This document shows positions 1 to 8,664 of a stretch of DNA of 45,113 nucleotides, one piece after another (the first letter of the stretch is position 1; each line of letters starts with the position of its first letter). The notes below the pieces were generated by a model that worked only from the letters and a program-made list of their open reading frames with translations, did not search any database and was not told the origin of the DNA. Source of the stretch: a virus. Its lineage: Duplodnaviria > Heunggongvirae > Uroviricota > Caudoviricetes. The DNA lies in IMG/VR virus record IMGVR_UViG_3300021255_002784, positions 152,416-197,528 of that record, one strand, 5' to 3'. The position numbers and the translations under genes were made by a program.

Positions 1-2
1 CC

Positions 3-278
3 GGTATCATCAACTCCTCAAAGAAATGTGGAGTATTTGTTGAAGTTCCTGCACTGAGCATCACCGGCATGGTCAATGTCAAGGCCGAAGAGCTTGTCAA
101 TTACAAACCAGGGGATCGAGTAGGGGTACGCCTTGCGAACTTCGAAGAGAACGTCTATTACGACGACACATGGAAACAACTTCATCACGAGGAGCCTTAT
201 CACATCGAGAACGGTATCCTTACCAAATGCAATGTGAAACCTGTGTTGGAGTTCGTCGCAGATGTGCGTCCTGCGTAA
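3..278 (+). CDS. S1 (OB-fold) RNA-binding domain protein, ribosomal protein S1-like; 5'-truncated by the window edge
   Basis: The frame is open from base 3 and reads GIINSSKKCGVFVEVPALSITGMVNV...YKPGDRVGVRL, matching the S1-domain pattern G.V...GVFV....GLV....Y..GD.V.V. Confidence 0.6.
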   Translation, partial: GIINSSKKCGVFVEVPALSITGMVNVKAEELVNYKPGDRVGVRLANFEENVYYDDTWKQLHHEEPYHIENGILTKCNVKPVLEFVADVRPA

Positions 279-295
279 TTAAAACGTTCAAAAAG

Positions 296-324
296 AAAAG
301 GAGGCCTTTTGGGTCTCCTTTTTT
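296..324. terminator. Bidirectional intrinsic terminator
   Basis: AAAAGGAGGCC-loop-GGTCTCCTTTT hairpin with A and T tails between convergent genes. Confidence 0.8.
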
Positions 325-949
325 ATTGCTTTTCTTCGAAAGGTAAAAATTCGAAATCTATGTTGTTGTATTTGAAAGTCACGTCAAAATCACCTGATTC
401 GCGACTGGTCTTGTCGTATGCGAAATCCAACCCATCTATACCATCAATATGACAGTTTATGAATTTGATACGACCAGTCACTTCTCCAGTCTCATCTAAT
501 ATTTCTATATATAATACATCGTCGTTCGATGAATCTATATGTTTGACAAATCTACGAAGCACTGTTTCATATAACATGTAGTAGTTATACAAGCCCTGAT
601 TCATTCTGAAGGTTACTTTGAACTCGCGTTCAATCTTCTCTAATGGGTTAGTGGCAGATTTATAAGTCACGGTGTGTTGAGGCTCTACGTTGATACGACC
701 CAGGCCGGCAGGTTTTTCACTCTCTCGTTTTATAGAATTAGACTCTCTTTGTGTCTGCTCCACAGTTAAACCTGATATGCCTGGTATATGTATACTCTTG
801 ATAGATTCATTAAGATAATCGATAGGTGTGGTAATAACCCCAGCATTTTTTGAAAGCATTTTCGAGTATTTTGCTTGCAAGTCCGGATCTAGAAAATCTT
901 TGGGCAGATTAAATCGAAATAGATCAAATCTTGGATTTAGTGATAACAT
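323..949 (-). CDS. Tail terminator/tail-tube-fold protein (T4 gp3-like)
   Basis: 208 aa; F.F.LP, I.SI.IPG, F.VTF...YNY, ILD...I.F and F.VTFKY pattern typical of gp3/tube-fold proteins; TTATTAT motif upstream. Confidence 0.6.
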   Translation of the reverse strand: MLSLNPRFDLFRFNLPKDFLDPDLQAKYSKMLSKNAGVITTPIDYLNESIKSIHIPGISGLTVEQTQRESNSIKRESEKPAGLGRINVEPQHTVTYKSATNPLEKIEREFKVTFRMNQGLYNYYMLYETVLRRFVKHIDSSNDDVLYIEILDETGEVTGRIKFINCHIDGIDGLDFAYDKTSRESGDFDVTFKYNNIDFEFLPFEEKQ

Positions 950-1001
950 ATAGATTGATGTATTTTCTTATATATTATAATAACTCAGTATACAACGTTT
1001 T

Positions 1002-1727
1002 ATGGAAATTTCTGTATATAATTACAATCTTCTAAAGGACAAGAAATACAATCTTACACAAAACATTAAGTACTCCGAATCAAACCCTGACAAAATCAAC
1101 GAACACAAATCCCAGCTGAATAAGGTGAACGAGACTATTCAAGAAGCGGAGAAACAAGACAACATCATCCATTATCTAGATCTGTGTAAACGAAAGATTC
1201 GACTGCAGCAAACGATAGGTAGTTGGAAGTACTACAAAAAAGACACCAGTAAGATGGAAGAGGCTTTGTCCGAGGTGCAACAGGAAATAGAACAATTGGA
1301 AACACAGACGGAACGGATAGAAACACCTACAGTACAGAAACCAGTATCAACCCAGATAGAAACCGCTGATCCTGTGTTAGAAAAGTTGGACGAAATATTG
1401 AGTAAGCTGAATACACCACAGTTAACTCAGGTGTCAGAACCGACTTATTATATTATAAATCTTGCCTGGTCTAAGGGTCAGGGGAACGAGATTATCAACG
1501 CTGTACGAGACTTTCTGAATATGACCAACTATATCGAATCATATAGTGAGATGTCAGATGAGCGAGATGAACACGTCATTTCTTGGAAGTACACGTATGA
1601 TTCTCTCGAAGAGCAAGCAACGGTCAAATCTATCAGGATGTGTGCGAGCCATCTCCTGGACACCCTCAAGACCTGGAGGTCGGGTATGACAGATGCGGAG
1701 ATTTTTCATAAAGTGCAAAAATATTAG
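1002..1727 (+). CDS. Hypothetical protein with a coiled-coil N-terminal half
   Basis: 241-aa ORF downstream of a TTATATAT-type motif; no family recognised. Confidence 0.7.
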   Translation: MEISVYNYNLLKDKKYNLTQNIKYSESNPDKINEHKSQLNKVNETIQEAEKQDNIIHYLDLCKRKIRLQQTIGSWKYYKKDTSKMEEALSEVQQEIEQLETQTERIETPTVQKPVSTQIETADPVLEKLDEILSKLNTPQLTQVSEPTYYIINLAWSKGQGNEIINAVRDFLNMTNYIESYSEMSDERDEHVISWKYTYDSLEEQATVKSIRMCASHLLDTLKTWRSGMTDAEIFHKVQKY

Positions 1728-1737
1728 TATACTATAA

Positions 1738-3258
1738 ATGAACTTAAGTAAGTACTTACAAAAGAACTGCTTCCAACCTATATCACGTGGTCCTATATAC
1801 GAGAGTATTCGTAATAGAGACATCGAAAAGGCGCTGAACTCAGTATCAGCTTTTTTACGCAAGCGTGGTGTATTCTTGATCCCAGCTGTCGAAGCTGTAG
1901 ACATCGACGGTGTCACCAGTTTTGTCGTATACGGCTACAACAAAGATGGTATGGGGTGTGCATTCACATGGAAGCGTGGAGAGACAACCAGTCTATATTC
2001 TATTTGCTTCACCAAAGAGTTCGATAGTGCATACCTTGCACAAACTTATGATGAAGCTTTCAAGTGGGATGTCGAACTCAAGCTCAAAGGAGCAAGTATC
2101 ATTCGCGCTATTCAGTTGGTTGCTGATGTGATGAATGGACGTGTGAACATGGATAAAGCGGGTCTTAATCAAGCTGTTCGCGATGCTCAGATCTGGGAGA
2201 CTTTGGATGATGCTTGTGAAAACATCATCAAAGAGGATACATCTGACGCAGTCATTAAAAACATAGAACGTAAGAAAAACAACCTTTACCTACGAATCCG
2301 CGACTGGAAATCCAAAGGCAAGGATGCTTCCGAACTGGAAAAAGAATACGAGCTCATCAAGCAAGAACTGGCTGATGCGCGAGTATCTGTCCGTCAAGGA
2401 GTGGTGGTTAAACCTATTGGTGATCCTGCTGTAGCAAAGATGGAACAAAGATTTGAGGAAGAAGAGAGAGCTACACCGGATGAGCGTTTCAGCGATATGG
2501 AATCATACATCCTTAATGTGATCCTCGGCATCGATGTATCGGCACTCATTTGTGGAGCGCCTGGTGTTGGTAAGACCTATCGTATCATGCAGATGATCAA
2601 GAAAGAAGGTAAAGTTCGTGGTCGCGATTATGATGTCATCAAAGGCAAGTGTACCCCAATGGTGCTCTTCCAGATGCTCCACGACTATCAGAAGAAAGGT
2701 CAGTTGCTCGTTATCGATGACGCAGATGATATTATCAAAGACGAAACATCAATCAATCTTATCAAAGCTGCCACGGATTCCAGTGATGAGCGTATAGTGT
2801 CTTACGGATCTAATGTCAAGATCTTCGTACCAGAAGAGAAGCAAGGTATGTATTCAGACTTTGAACAAGACTCTCAAGGACGCTGGGTATACCCGAAAAA
2901 CTTCGTTTATGAGGGAGGTATCATTATCATCACCAATATGAACGCAGGACAGGTCGATACAGCCATCCGTTCACGTGCAATGATTTGTGATCTGAACTTC
3001 ACTACTAATGAGGTGTTGGATTTGGTAGCACAACTATCCCCACACATCGCTCCGGAGTTGTTGACACCAACATCCAAAGAACGTGCTCTCGACTATCTAC
3101 GCAGATTAGCAGAGAGTGGGGCTCCGATGGAAATATCTATTCGTTCCTTTATTTTGGTTTCGAAGCTGTATTTGAGTGATGCTCCTGTTGAAGCAATCGA
3201 GCGTCGTATTCGTGAGCAAATGAAACTGAAGTTCCTCCGTGGGGGTAAGCGCTACTAA
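1738..3258 (+). CDS. AAA+ ATPase with long N-terminal extension
   Basis: Walker A GAPGVGKT, Walker B LLVIDDAD, sensor-1 IIITN, Arg finger AIRSR. Confidence 0.85.
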   Translation: MNLSKYLQKNCFQPISRGPIYESIRNRDIEKALNSVSAFLRKRGVFLIPAVEAVDIDGVTSFVVYGYNKDGMGCAFTWKRGETTSLYSICFTKEFDSAYLAQTYDEAFKWDVELKLKGASIIRAIQLVADVMNGRVNMDKAGLNQAVRDAQIWETLDDACENIIKEDTSDAVIKNIERKKNNLYLRIRDWKSKGKDASELEKEYELIKQELADARVSVRQGVVVKPIGDPAVAKMEQRFEEEERATPDERFSDMESYILNVILGIDVSALICGAPGVGKTYRIMQMIKKEGKVRGRDYDVIKGKCTPMVLFQMLHDYQKKGQLLVIDDADDIIKDETSINLIKAATDSSDERIVSYGSNVKIFVPEEKQGMYSDFEQDSQGRWVYPKNFVYEGGIIIITNMNAGQVDTAIRSRAMICDLNFTTNEVLDLVAQLSPHIAPELLTPTSKERALDYLRRLAESGAPMEISIRSFILVSKLYLSDAPVEAIERRIREQMKLKFLRGGKRY

Positions 3259-3300
3259 ATCAACGAGTTACAAAATTTTAAGAAGTCTCAAAATAAAATT

Positions 3301-3332
3301 AGAGGAAATCATTAAAGATTTCCTCTTTTTTT
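3301..3332 (+). terminator. Intrinsic terminator abutting a class A promoter motif
   Basis: AGAGGAAATC-ATTAAA-GATTTCCTCT followed by a T run. Confidence 0.75.
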
Positions 3333-3371
3333 ATATATCTATATGTACAGAACATTATTTTAATCCAGTAT

Positions 3372-4007
3372 ATGGCAAATTATACAGACAAGCAGAAAAA
3401 CGAACTAACCAAACAGTACGAACCATTGATCAACAAACTCACAGGTCAATTTTATGCATCCGTTCAAATGGATTGGAACAGCATCAAATCTATGGCATAC
3501 GAAGGATTCGCTTTAGCGCTCAACAAATACGATGAGACCAAGAGCAGCATGTCTTTTATGTCGTTCGCTGCGTTTGAGATGCGCAACAACATCATGACCA
3601 GACTCACGGAAGAGTCCCGTACAGTGAAGCTACCTTTTGAGGAGCAGAAAAGACGAAAGAAATCCGGTGAACCGCTATTCAACACGGTATCAATCGATCA
3701 AAATGTTCGTGAGGACGATGATATCAAACCACGAGAGACTGTAATGGGTATGTACGAGACAGCTCGATTCGCTGACGGAGATGTCTTCAGTTATCTCTAC
3801 GAACGATTAGAAGAGAAGTTTCCTCAACGTGAATGCGATATGTTTTATATGTCATTCGGTCTTAAAGGGTTTGAAGATACGCCGAATCAGGATATAGCAA
3901 AGAAATTCCATGTCAGCGAGGGTTTGGTATCCCAAAAGAAACGCAAGATCCTCGATTGGATCAAAACTGATCGAGATCTGTGCGAAATGCTGTCCAACCT
4001 CGTATAA
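3372..4007 (+). CDS. Phage sigma70-family RNA polymerase sigma factor
   Basis: Region 2 (YEPLINKL...EGFALALNKYD...FMSFA...RNNI...RTVKLP) and region 4 HTH (FGL...NQDIAKKFHVSEGLVSQKKRKIL). Confidence 0.85.
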   Translation: MANYTDKQKNELTKQYEPLINKLTGQFYASVQMDWNSIKSMAYEGFALALNKYDETKSSMSFMSFAAFEMRNNIMTRLTEESRTVKLPFEEQKRRKKSGEPLFNTVSIDQNVREDDDIKPRETVMGMYETARFADGDVFSYLYERLEEKFPQRECDMFYMSFGLKGFEDTPNQDIAKKFHVSEGLVSQKKRKILDWIKTDRDLCEMLSNLV

Positions 4008-4014
4008 ATAAGTT

Positions 4015-4566
4015 ATGAATAAAACAGATTTGAAAAACTTTCCGTTCAAACATAACGGGCAAGAGTTCTGGTACAGTCGTTCGATTGTATCGTGTGGATA
4101 TGTGTTCTGTTATTGGTACAATACTTGGCATATCCTGGCTGTCAAACGAGGTGCTACACAAACCCTACCTAAGCAGTGGAATGTGCCTGGTGAATTCCTG
4201 GACCATAACGAGACGACACAATACGCAGCCAAACGGGAAGTAGCTGAAGAAACCGGACTCTATTTGGATACCTCGGATTTTCATTTGTTTAGTGTTGATT
4301 CAACTCCAACTGGTAAAAAGCAACATGTAGTCTTCAACTACTACTATAATATAGGTAAGGTGAAAGAACTACCGCAGCTGGATCCATCCAATTGTGAACC
4401 TGGCGAGGTAGAGAACGTTATGTGGATACCAGTAGAAGCTATTAAAAAGTTCAAATGGATCAATATTCAGTGGGTGAACATCGAATACGTATTTGACACA
4501 TATATCCATCCCAGTCTTTGGCAACGTATTCGTAATCACCTGAGCAATCAAATAGATAACGTGTAG
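4015..4566 (+). CDS. Nudix hydrolase
   Basis: Nudix box PGEFLDHNETTQYAAKREVAEETGL. Confidence 0.85.
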   Translation: MNKTDLKNFPFKHNGQEFWYSRSIVSCGYVFCYWYNTWHILAVKRGATQTLPKQWNVPGEFLDHNETTQYAAKREVAEETGLYLDTSDFHLFSVDSTPTGKKQHVVFNYYYNIGKVKELPQLDPSNCEPGEVENVMWIPVEAIKKFKWINIQWVNIEYVFDTYIHPSLWQRIRNHLSNQIDNV

Positions 4567-4587
4567 GGTGCATAAAACTTCATACGG

Positions 4588-4604
4588 TTTTTTATATATT
4601 TATA
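4588..4604 (+). promoter_or_regulatory. Class A promoter-like motif TTTT(N)TATATAT(T/A)TATA (representative copy)
   Basis: Related copies near 963, 3326, 6115, 7447, 8549, 9445, 13608, 24070, 37161 and 39116, each upstream of non-virion genes. Confidence 0.6.
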
Positions 4605-4622
4605 CGATAAACCATTATATAT

Positions 4623-5216
4623 ATGCAAATCAGAAAAGAGTTTAGAGTAGAAAGCGCACATATCGTGCGAAACTGTACCTCCGAACGTTGTTCGCATTCG
4701 ATTCATGGTCATAGCGCTGTGATTGAAGTCATTTTCGAAGGTCGCCAATTAGACAACGCTCAAATGCTCGTAGACTTCGGTTTGATGAAAGGTAGCATCA
4801 AGCAGTTTATCGATTCTATGGATCACTGCTATCTGCTCTGCTCGCACGACGAACCTAAGTTTCGTGAGTTTATCAAACAGAGTTGTGATCGGTACATTGA
4901 GTTACCATTCAATCCAAGTGCGGAGATGTTGTCTATGTTCATCATGATCGGTGTACAACGCATTCTGGACATGACAGAGTTCAATAACGGCGAAGAGGTG
5001 CCGGTACAAGTAACTGGTGTTCGTTATCATGAGACCACTACCGGTTATGCACAGTGCGATCTAACAGATTGTGCGAACTACGAGAACGTCATCAATTTCG
5101 ATCTCGTTGAGTTTTCAGATGGTGTTAAGAAAGACTGGTCTCGCGAACTTCGTGAGGCGCTGGAGTTGGGCCACCCTATTGTCAATCCAATTGTTGAACG
5201 TCAAATTGATCTGTAA
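4623..5216 (+). CDS. queD: 6-carboxy-5,6,7,8-tetrahydropterin synthase
   Basis: ESAH...C..SIHGHS, VDFG, DH, NPSAE, HET motifs of the PTPS/QueD family. Confidence 0.92.
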   Translation: MQIRKEFRVESAHIVRNCTSERCSHSIHGHSAVIEVIFEGRQLDNAQMLVDFGLMKGSIKQFIDSMDHCYLLCSHDEPKFREFIKQSCDRYIELPFNPSAEMLSMFIMIGVQRILDMTEFNNGEEVPVQVTGVRYHETTTGYAQCDLTDCANYENVINFDLVEFSDGVKKDWSRELREALELGHPIVNPIVERQIDL

Positions 5217-5217
5217 T

Positions 5218-6027
5218 ATGCTACCAGTAGTAGAAATGTTCACCAGTATTCAGGGGGAAGGAAAGTACGTCGGAATACCGAGCCACTTCGTAAGAGTGAG
5301 TGGCTGTAATCTTCGCTGTGTCTTTAAGGATAGTGTATGTGACACACCATATTCCTCATTCAAACCCGAAAAACCCATCGCCAAAGACCTAGCGGAGCTA
5401 GTAAGTTCGTTCAAAAAACTCCAAAAGAAGTCTCCGAAGGTTAAACATCTGGTTATTACTGGCGGAGAACCTTTGATGTATGCAAAAGATTTGGATATGT
5501 TCCTTCGTCATATCTATGATGACGAGATGGTTATTACTATTGAAACCAACGGAACCTATCCGATCCTAAATCCATTAAGCCCATACTTCAAAATCGCACT
5601 TTACAGTGTATCTCCGAAACTTGCAACTAGCGTTGGCAAGCCTGGTATGTACGGTAACATCGAAGTCACACAACAGATGGTGGACCGTCATAATCAATTA
5701 CGGATTGATCCTCAAAACCTGGTGGATATCGTGATGAACACCAACGACTATCAGTTTAAGTTCGTATATAGCGGGCCTGAGTGTATCGATGAGATTATGG
5801 ATATCTATTCGAGAATGGGTGCTATCGCAGAGAAGTACGACCCGTTTATGGTCAGCTTCTATTTGAATAACCATCCCAACAAGCACACTATGTTGATGCC
5901 GGAGGGTATTACCAATGAGCAACTCGCAGTCAAACGTCAAGAGATCGCAGATATCTGTGTTCAACGAGGATGGACGATGACTGATCGCGAACACATCATT
6001 ATCTGGGGAGATGTGCGTGGAAAATAA
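5218..6027 (+). CDS. queE: 7-carboxy-7-deazaguanine synthase (radical SAM)
   Basis: EMFTSIQGEG, RVSGCNLRC(x6)CDT, ITGGEP, IETNG, SPKL, H..IWG; ATG at 5218 directly follows the queD stop. Confidence 0.93.
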   Translation: MLPVVEMFTSIQGEGKYVGIPSHFVRVSGCNLRCVFKDSVCDTPYSSFKPEKPIAKDLAELVSSFKKLQKKSPKVKHLVITGGEPLMYAKDLDMFLRHIYDDEMVITIETNGTYPILNPLSPYFKIALYSVSPKLATSVGKPGMYGNIEVTQQMVDRHNQLRIDPQNLVDIVMNTNDYQFKFVYSGPECIDEIMDIYSRMGAIAEKYDPFMVSFYLNNHPNKHTMLMPEGITNEQLAVKRQEIADICVQRGWTMTDREHIIIWGDVRGK

Positions 6028-6133
6028 CGCCACCGAATCAGTCGTAACAGAGTATCTTTGTCATAACTGTTGGTATGTTGATTTTGTGATTGAGGGGATA
6101 TAAATCTCCTCAACTTTTTATATATTATTGCAT

Positions 6134-6961
6134 ATGAAGACAAATTGCGAATTACCATTATGTATGATGAACAAGAATATGGAATTGAATGATTTCGATT
6201 TCGTCTTATTCCATCTGTATCAGTCCAACAAGACTTATCGTGAGTACTATCAAAAAATGCGCCGAGACCATCCGGAACGACTCATGATCCTGGACAACTC
6301 TGCATACGAGTTCTTTGTTAAAGGAGAAAAACTGGATATGGCCCAATTCAAAAATACAATCAAGGAACTCAAACCGGATTACTATATATTGCCAGACGTG
6401 CTCCAGAACAAAGAAAAGACGCTACACGGCGTTCGGGAGTTCCTGAAGTGCTATGTGGATAAAGACATGGTATCCAAACCATTAGCTGTAGCACAAGGCA
6501 ATACCAGCATAGAATTGGTAGAGTGCTTCCAAGAATATCTCGAACTAGGTATTGATTACGTGGGAGTGCCATTCCACCTGGGGTTCTACAAGTACATGCA
6601 CATCACAGATGACATCTTGTTCGAGTTCGGAACGTCTTATGACGAGACGAAGTTCATAGATAGTGAAGACTACAGGTACGCAGTAGGTCGCGTTCAGTGG
6701 GTACGAGATCATGAAGAACTATTGAAACGATTCGACAAAGTGCATATGCTTGGTTCGCATTGCCCGCTGGAGAAAGTATTTTATCACGACTTCTATTCAA
6801 TGGACACTGGGTACCCTGTCAAGTTGGGATACGAGAAGAAACTCCTGGGTTCTGAAAGCCACAAACCGACATCTATTATAGATGATTTCATTGATGTGGA
6901 GTTGTCTTACATCAAGAAATACTGCATTGAGACCAATATCAAAACATTCCGAGACTTTTGA
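6134..6961 (+). CDS. TGT-fold 7-deazaguanine transglycosylase (DpdA-like)
   Basis: TGT-type motifs ILDNSAYE, ILPDV, AVAQG, VHMLG, SMDTG in the expected order; lies between queE and folE2. Confidence 0.72.
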   Translation: MKTNCELPLCMMNKNMELNDFDFVLFHLYQSNKTYREYYQKMRRDHPERLMILDNSAYEFFVKGEKLDMAQFKNTIKELKPDYYILPDVLQNKEKTLHGVREFLKCYVDKDMVSKPLAVAQGNTSIELVECFQEYLELGIDYVGVPFHLGFYKYMHITDDILFEFGTSYDETKFIDSEDYRYAVGRVQWVRDHEELLKRFDKVHMLGSHCPLEKVFYHDFYSMDTGYPVKLGYEKKLLGSESHKPTSIIDDFIDVELSYIKKYCIETNIKTFRDF

Positions 6962-6987
6962 TTATTATTGTAAAAAAAATATACAAT

Positions 6988-7365
6988 ATGAAGTCATTAA
7001 AAGATATGCTTACGGAAAGTCTAGTTTGCGAATCTGTTGAAGACAAGATTATTAAGACAGCAGAAAAAGCATTCAGATCATTGATGAATAAAACCAAGAG
7101 TATACCAGATGAGATCGATCCTCTTATCAAACAGAACTTCAATGTAGTGGGTGACCGCCTCAATCATACAGAAGGATTGATCTACGGCACTATCGAGGAT
7201 AGTGGAAAGAAATATACTCTATGTCTAGATTCTGAAGATGATTGGAACGTCAGCAAAGAAACGTTCAATCTCAAGAAGATCATTTGTGTGCCTGGTGACT
7301 GTGAGGCTGACGGCAAAGAGGGCGACAAAGTACTAGACTCAATGTATGCTGCTTTAGGATACTAA
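6988..7365 (+). CDS. Putative internal head protein with capsid-targeting peptide
   Basis: Starts MKSLKDMLTESLVCES (ATG 6988); TTATTAT motif at 6962. Confidence 0.65.
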   Translation: MKSLKDMLTESLVCESVEDKIIKTAEKAFRSLMNKTKSIPDEIDPLIKQNFNVVGDRLNHTEGLIYGTIEDSGKKYTLCLDSEDDWNVSKETFNLKKIICVPGDCEADGKEGDKVLDSMYAALGY

Positions 7366-7366
7366 T

Positions 7367-7423
7367 ATGAAGAGCCTTTACGAAAGCGTATTAGATGCAG
7401 ATGCATTAGACAAAAACAAATAA
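7367..7423 (+). pseudogene. 18-aa mini-ORF consisting only of the targeting peptide (gene relic)
   Basis: Translates MKSLYESVLDADALDKNK*; starts two bases after the upstream stop and ends in the terminator. Confidence 0.55.
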
Positions 7424-7451
7424 AGGAGTCGATAAAAACCGACTCCTTTTT
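7422..7451 (+). terminator. Intrinsic terminator
   Basis: AAAGGAGTCG-loop-CGACTCCTTTTT. Confidence 0.8.
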
Positions 7452-7477
7452 CTATATATTATATAAACAGCACAAAC

Positions 7478-8452
7478 ATGAATAAAGACGTTAAAGTAGT
7501 AGATTTGAAAAGAGGTTACGATAAGAACTTCGTGCCTTCTCAACAGTACCTCGACTCTATGCCGGATTTACAAAACGGTGAGTATAGTGATATCCCTATT
7601 GATTTTGTGGGTATTCAAAACTTCCATTTACCACTCAAGATAATCCAAAAGGATGGTAACATCCAAGAGGTCAAAGCAAGTATCACCGGCACGGTATCTC
7701 TCGAGGCTGAAAAACGAGGAATCAACATGTCCCGTATCATCCGCACGTTTTATAAGTCCAAAGATGATGTGTTCAGCTGCGATCATTTGGAGAATGTTCT
7801 TCGCGCCTATAAGAAAGACCTGGATACTTTCGATGCACATATCCTTATGAACTTTAGCTATTATCTCTGGCAGGACGCTCTTCGTTCAGTCAAGGAGGAT
7901 GGTACACCCGAAGGAGGTTACCAGTACTACAACATCACGTTCGATGTCAATCTCGATAAGACCGGTGAGTTCAAAAAGATCATGTGGGTAGACTTTGTTT
8001 ACAGTTCAGCATGTCCTTGCTCCACAGAACTTTCTCAACACGCAGCACTGGAACGCGGTGTTTATGGTATCCCACACAGCCAACGTTCGATAGCTCGTAT
8101 CGGAATGGAGTACACTGGGGATCTGTGGATCGAAGATGTCATTGATGCCGGTCGAGCAGCACTTACCACAGAGACATTAGTATTCTGCAAGCGTCAGGAC
8201 GAACAAGCGTTCGCAGAGAAAAACGGAGCACAGACCAAGTTCGTTGAAGATGCTATTCGTTATCTGAAGCATGAATTGGACAAGAACCCGGTTATCCGTG
8301 ATTACAAAATCATTTGTCTCCATGCTGAATCGCTGCATAGTCATTCAGCAGTAGCGGTTACGACGAAGGGATTGAAAAACTCAATCTTCAACCACCACGT
8401 GACATTGGGTGAATGGAGAGATGTCGAACTTTCTGTGGCTGGAGTTTATTGA
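7478..8452 (+). CDS. folE2: GTP cyclohydrolase I type 2 (FolE2)
   Basis: PDLQ, I..VGI, RGINMSR, SACPCS, PHSQRS, KRQDEQ.FAE, FVEDAIR, ESLHSH motifs. Confidence 0.95.
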   Translation: MNKDVKVVDLKRGYDKNFVPSQQYLDSMPDLQNGEYSDIPIDFVGIQNFHLPLKIIQKDGNIQEVKASITGTVSLEAEKRGINMSRIIRTFYKSKDDVFSCDHLENVLRAYKKDLDTFDAHILMNFSYYLWQDALRSVKEDGTPEGGYQYYNITFDVNLDKTGEFKKIMWVDFVYSSACPCSTELSQHAALERGVYGIPHSQRSIARIGMEYTGDLWIEDVIDAGRAALTTETLVFCKRQDEQAFAEKNGAQTKFVEDAIRYLKHELDKNPVIRDYKIICLHAESLHSHSAVAVTTKGLKNSIFNHHVTLGEWRDVELSVAGVY

Positions 8453-8477
8453 GATTGAGAATTTCCAAAAACATTTC

Positions 8478-8514
8478 TAAAGGCACCGATTCGTGAGAAT
8501 AGGTGTCTTTTTTT
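8478..8514 (+). terminator. Intrinsic terminator
   Basis: AAAGGCACC-GATTC-gtga-GAATA-GGTGTCTTT hairpin plus T run. Confidence 0.7.
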
Positions 8515-8569
8515 ACACCCATCCTAAAAAATCCAGTGTCCACTGTCATATTATATATATGTATATCAG

Positions 8570-8645
8570 ATCATCCTGAGATATCGGGGTACGGCAGGAC
8601 CCTTTGAGTGTTGCAACAGACACGATGATGCGTCAGGGAAGTTGA
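8570..8645 (+). ncRNA. Candidate structured 5' leader RNA
   Basis: GC-rich island in an AT-rich spacer; CCTGA/TCAGG closing stem enclosing GGGT/ACCC and GTGT/ACAC hairpins. Confidence 0.3.
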
Positions 8646-8664
8646 AAATAAACAAAATTGACTT

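Noticed and set aside
5071-5217. N-terminal extension of QueE in the ORF track
   Set aside because: It overlaps queD; homology starts at the ATG at 5218.
6028-6133. preQ1 riboswitch ahead of the TGT-like gene
   Set aside because: Only weak hairpins, a terminator-like stem and a class A motif are visible; no preQ1 aptamer consensus.
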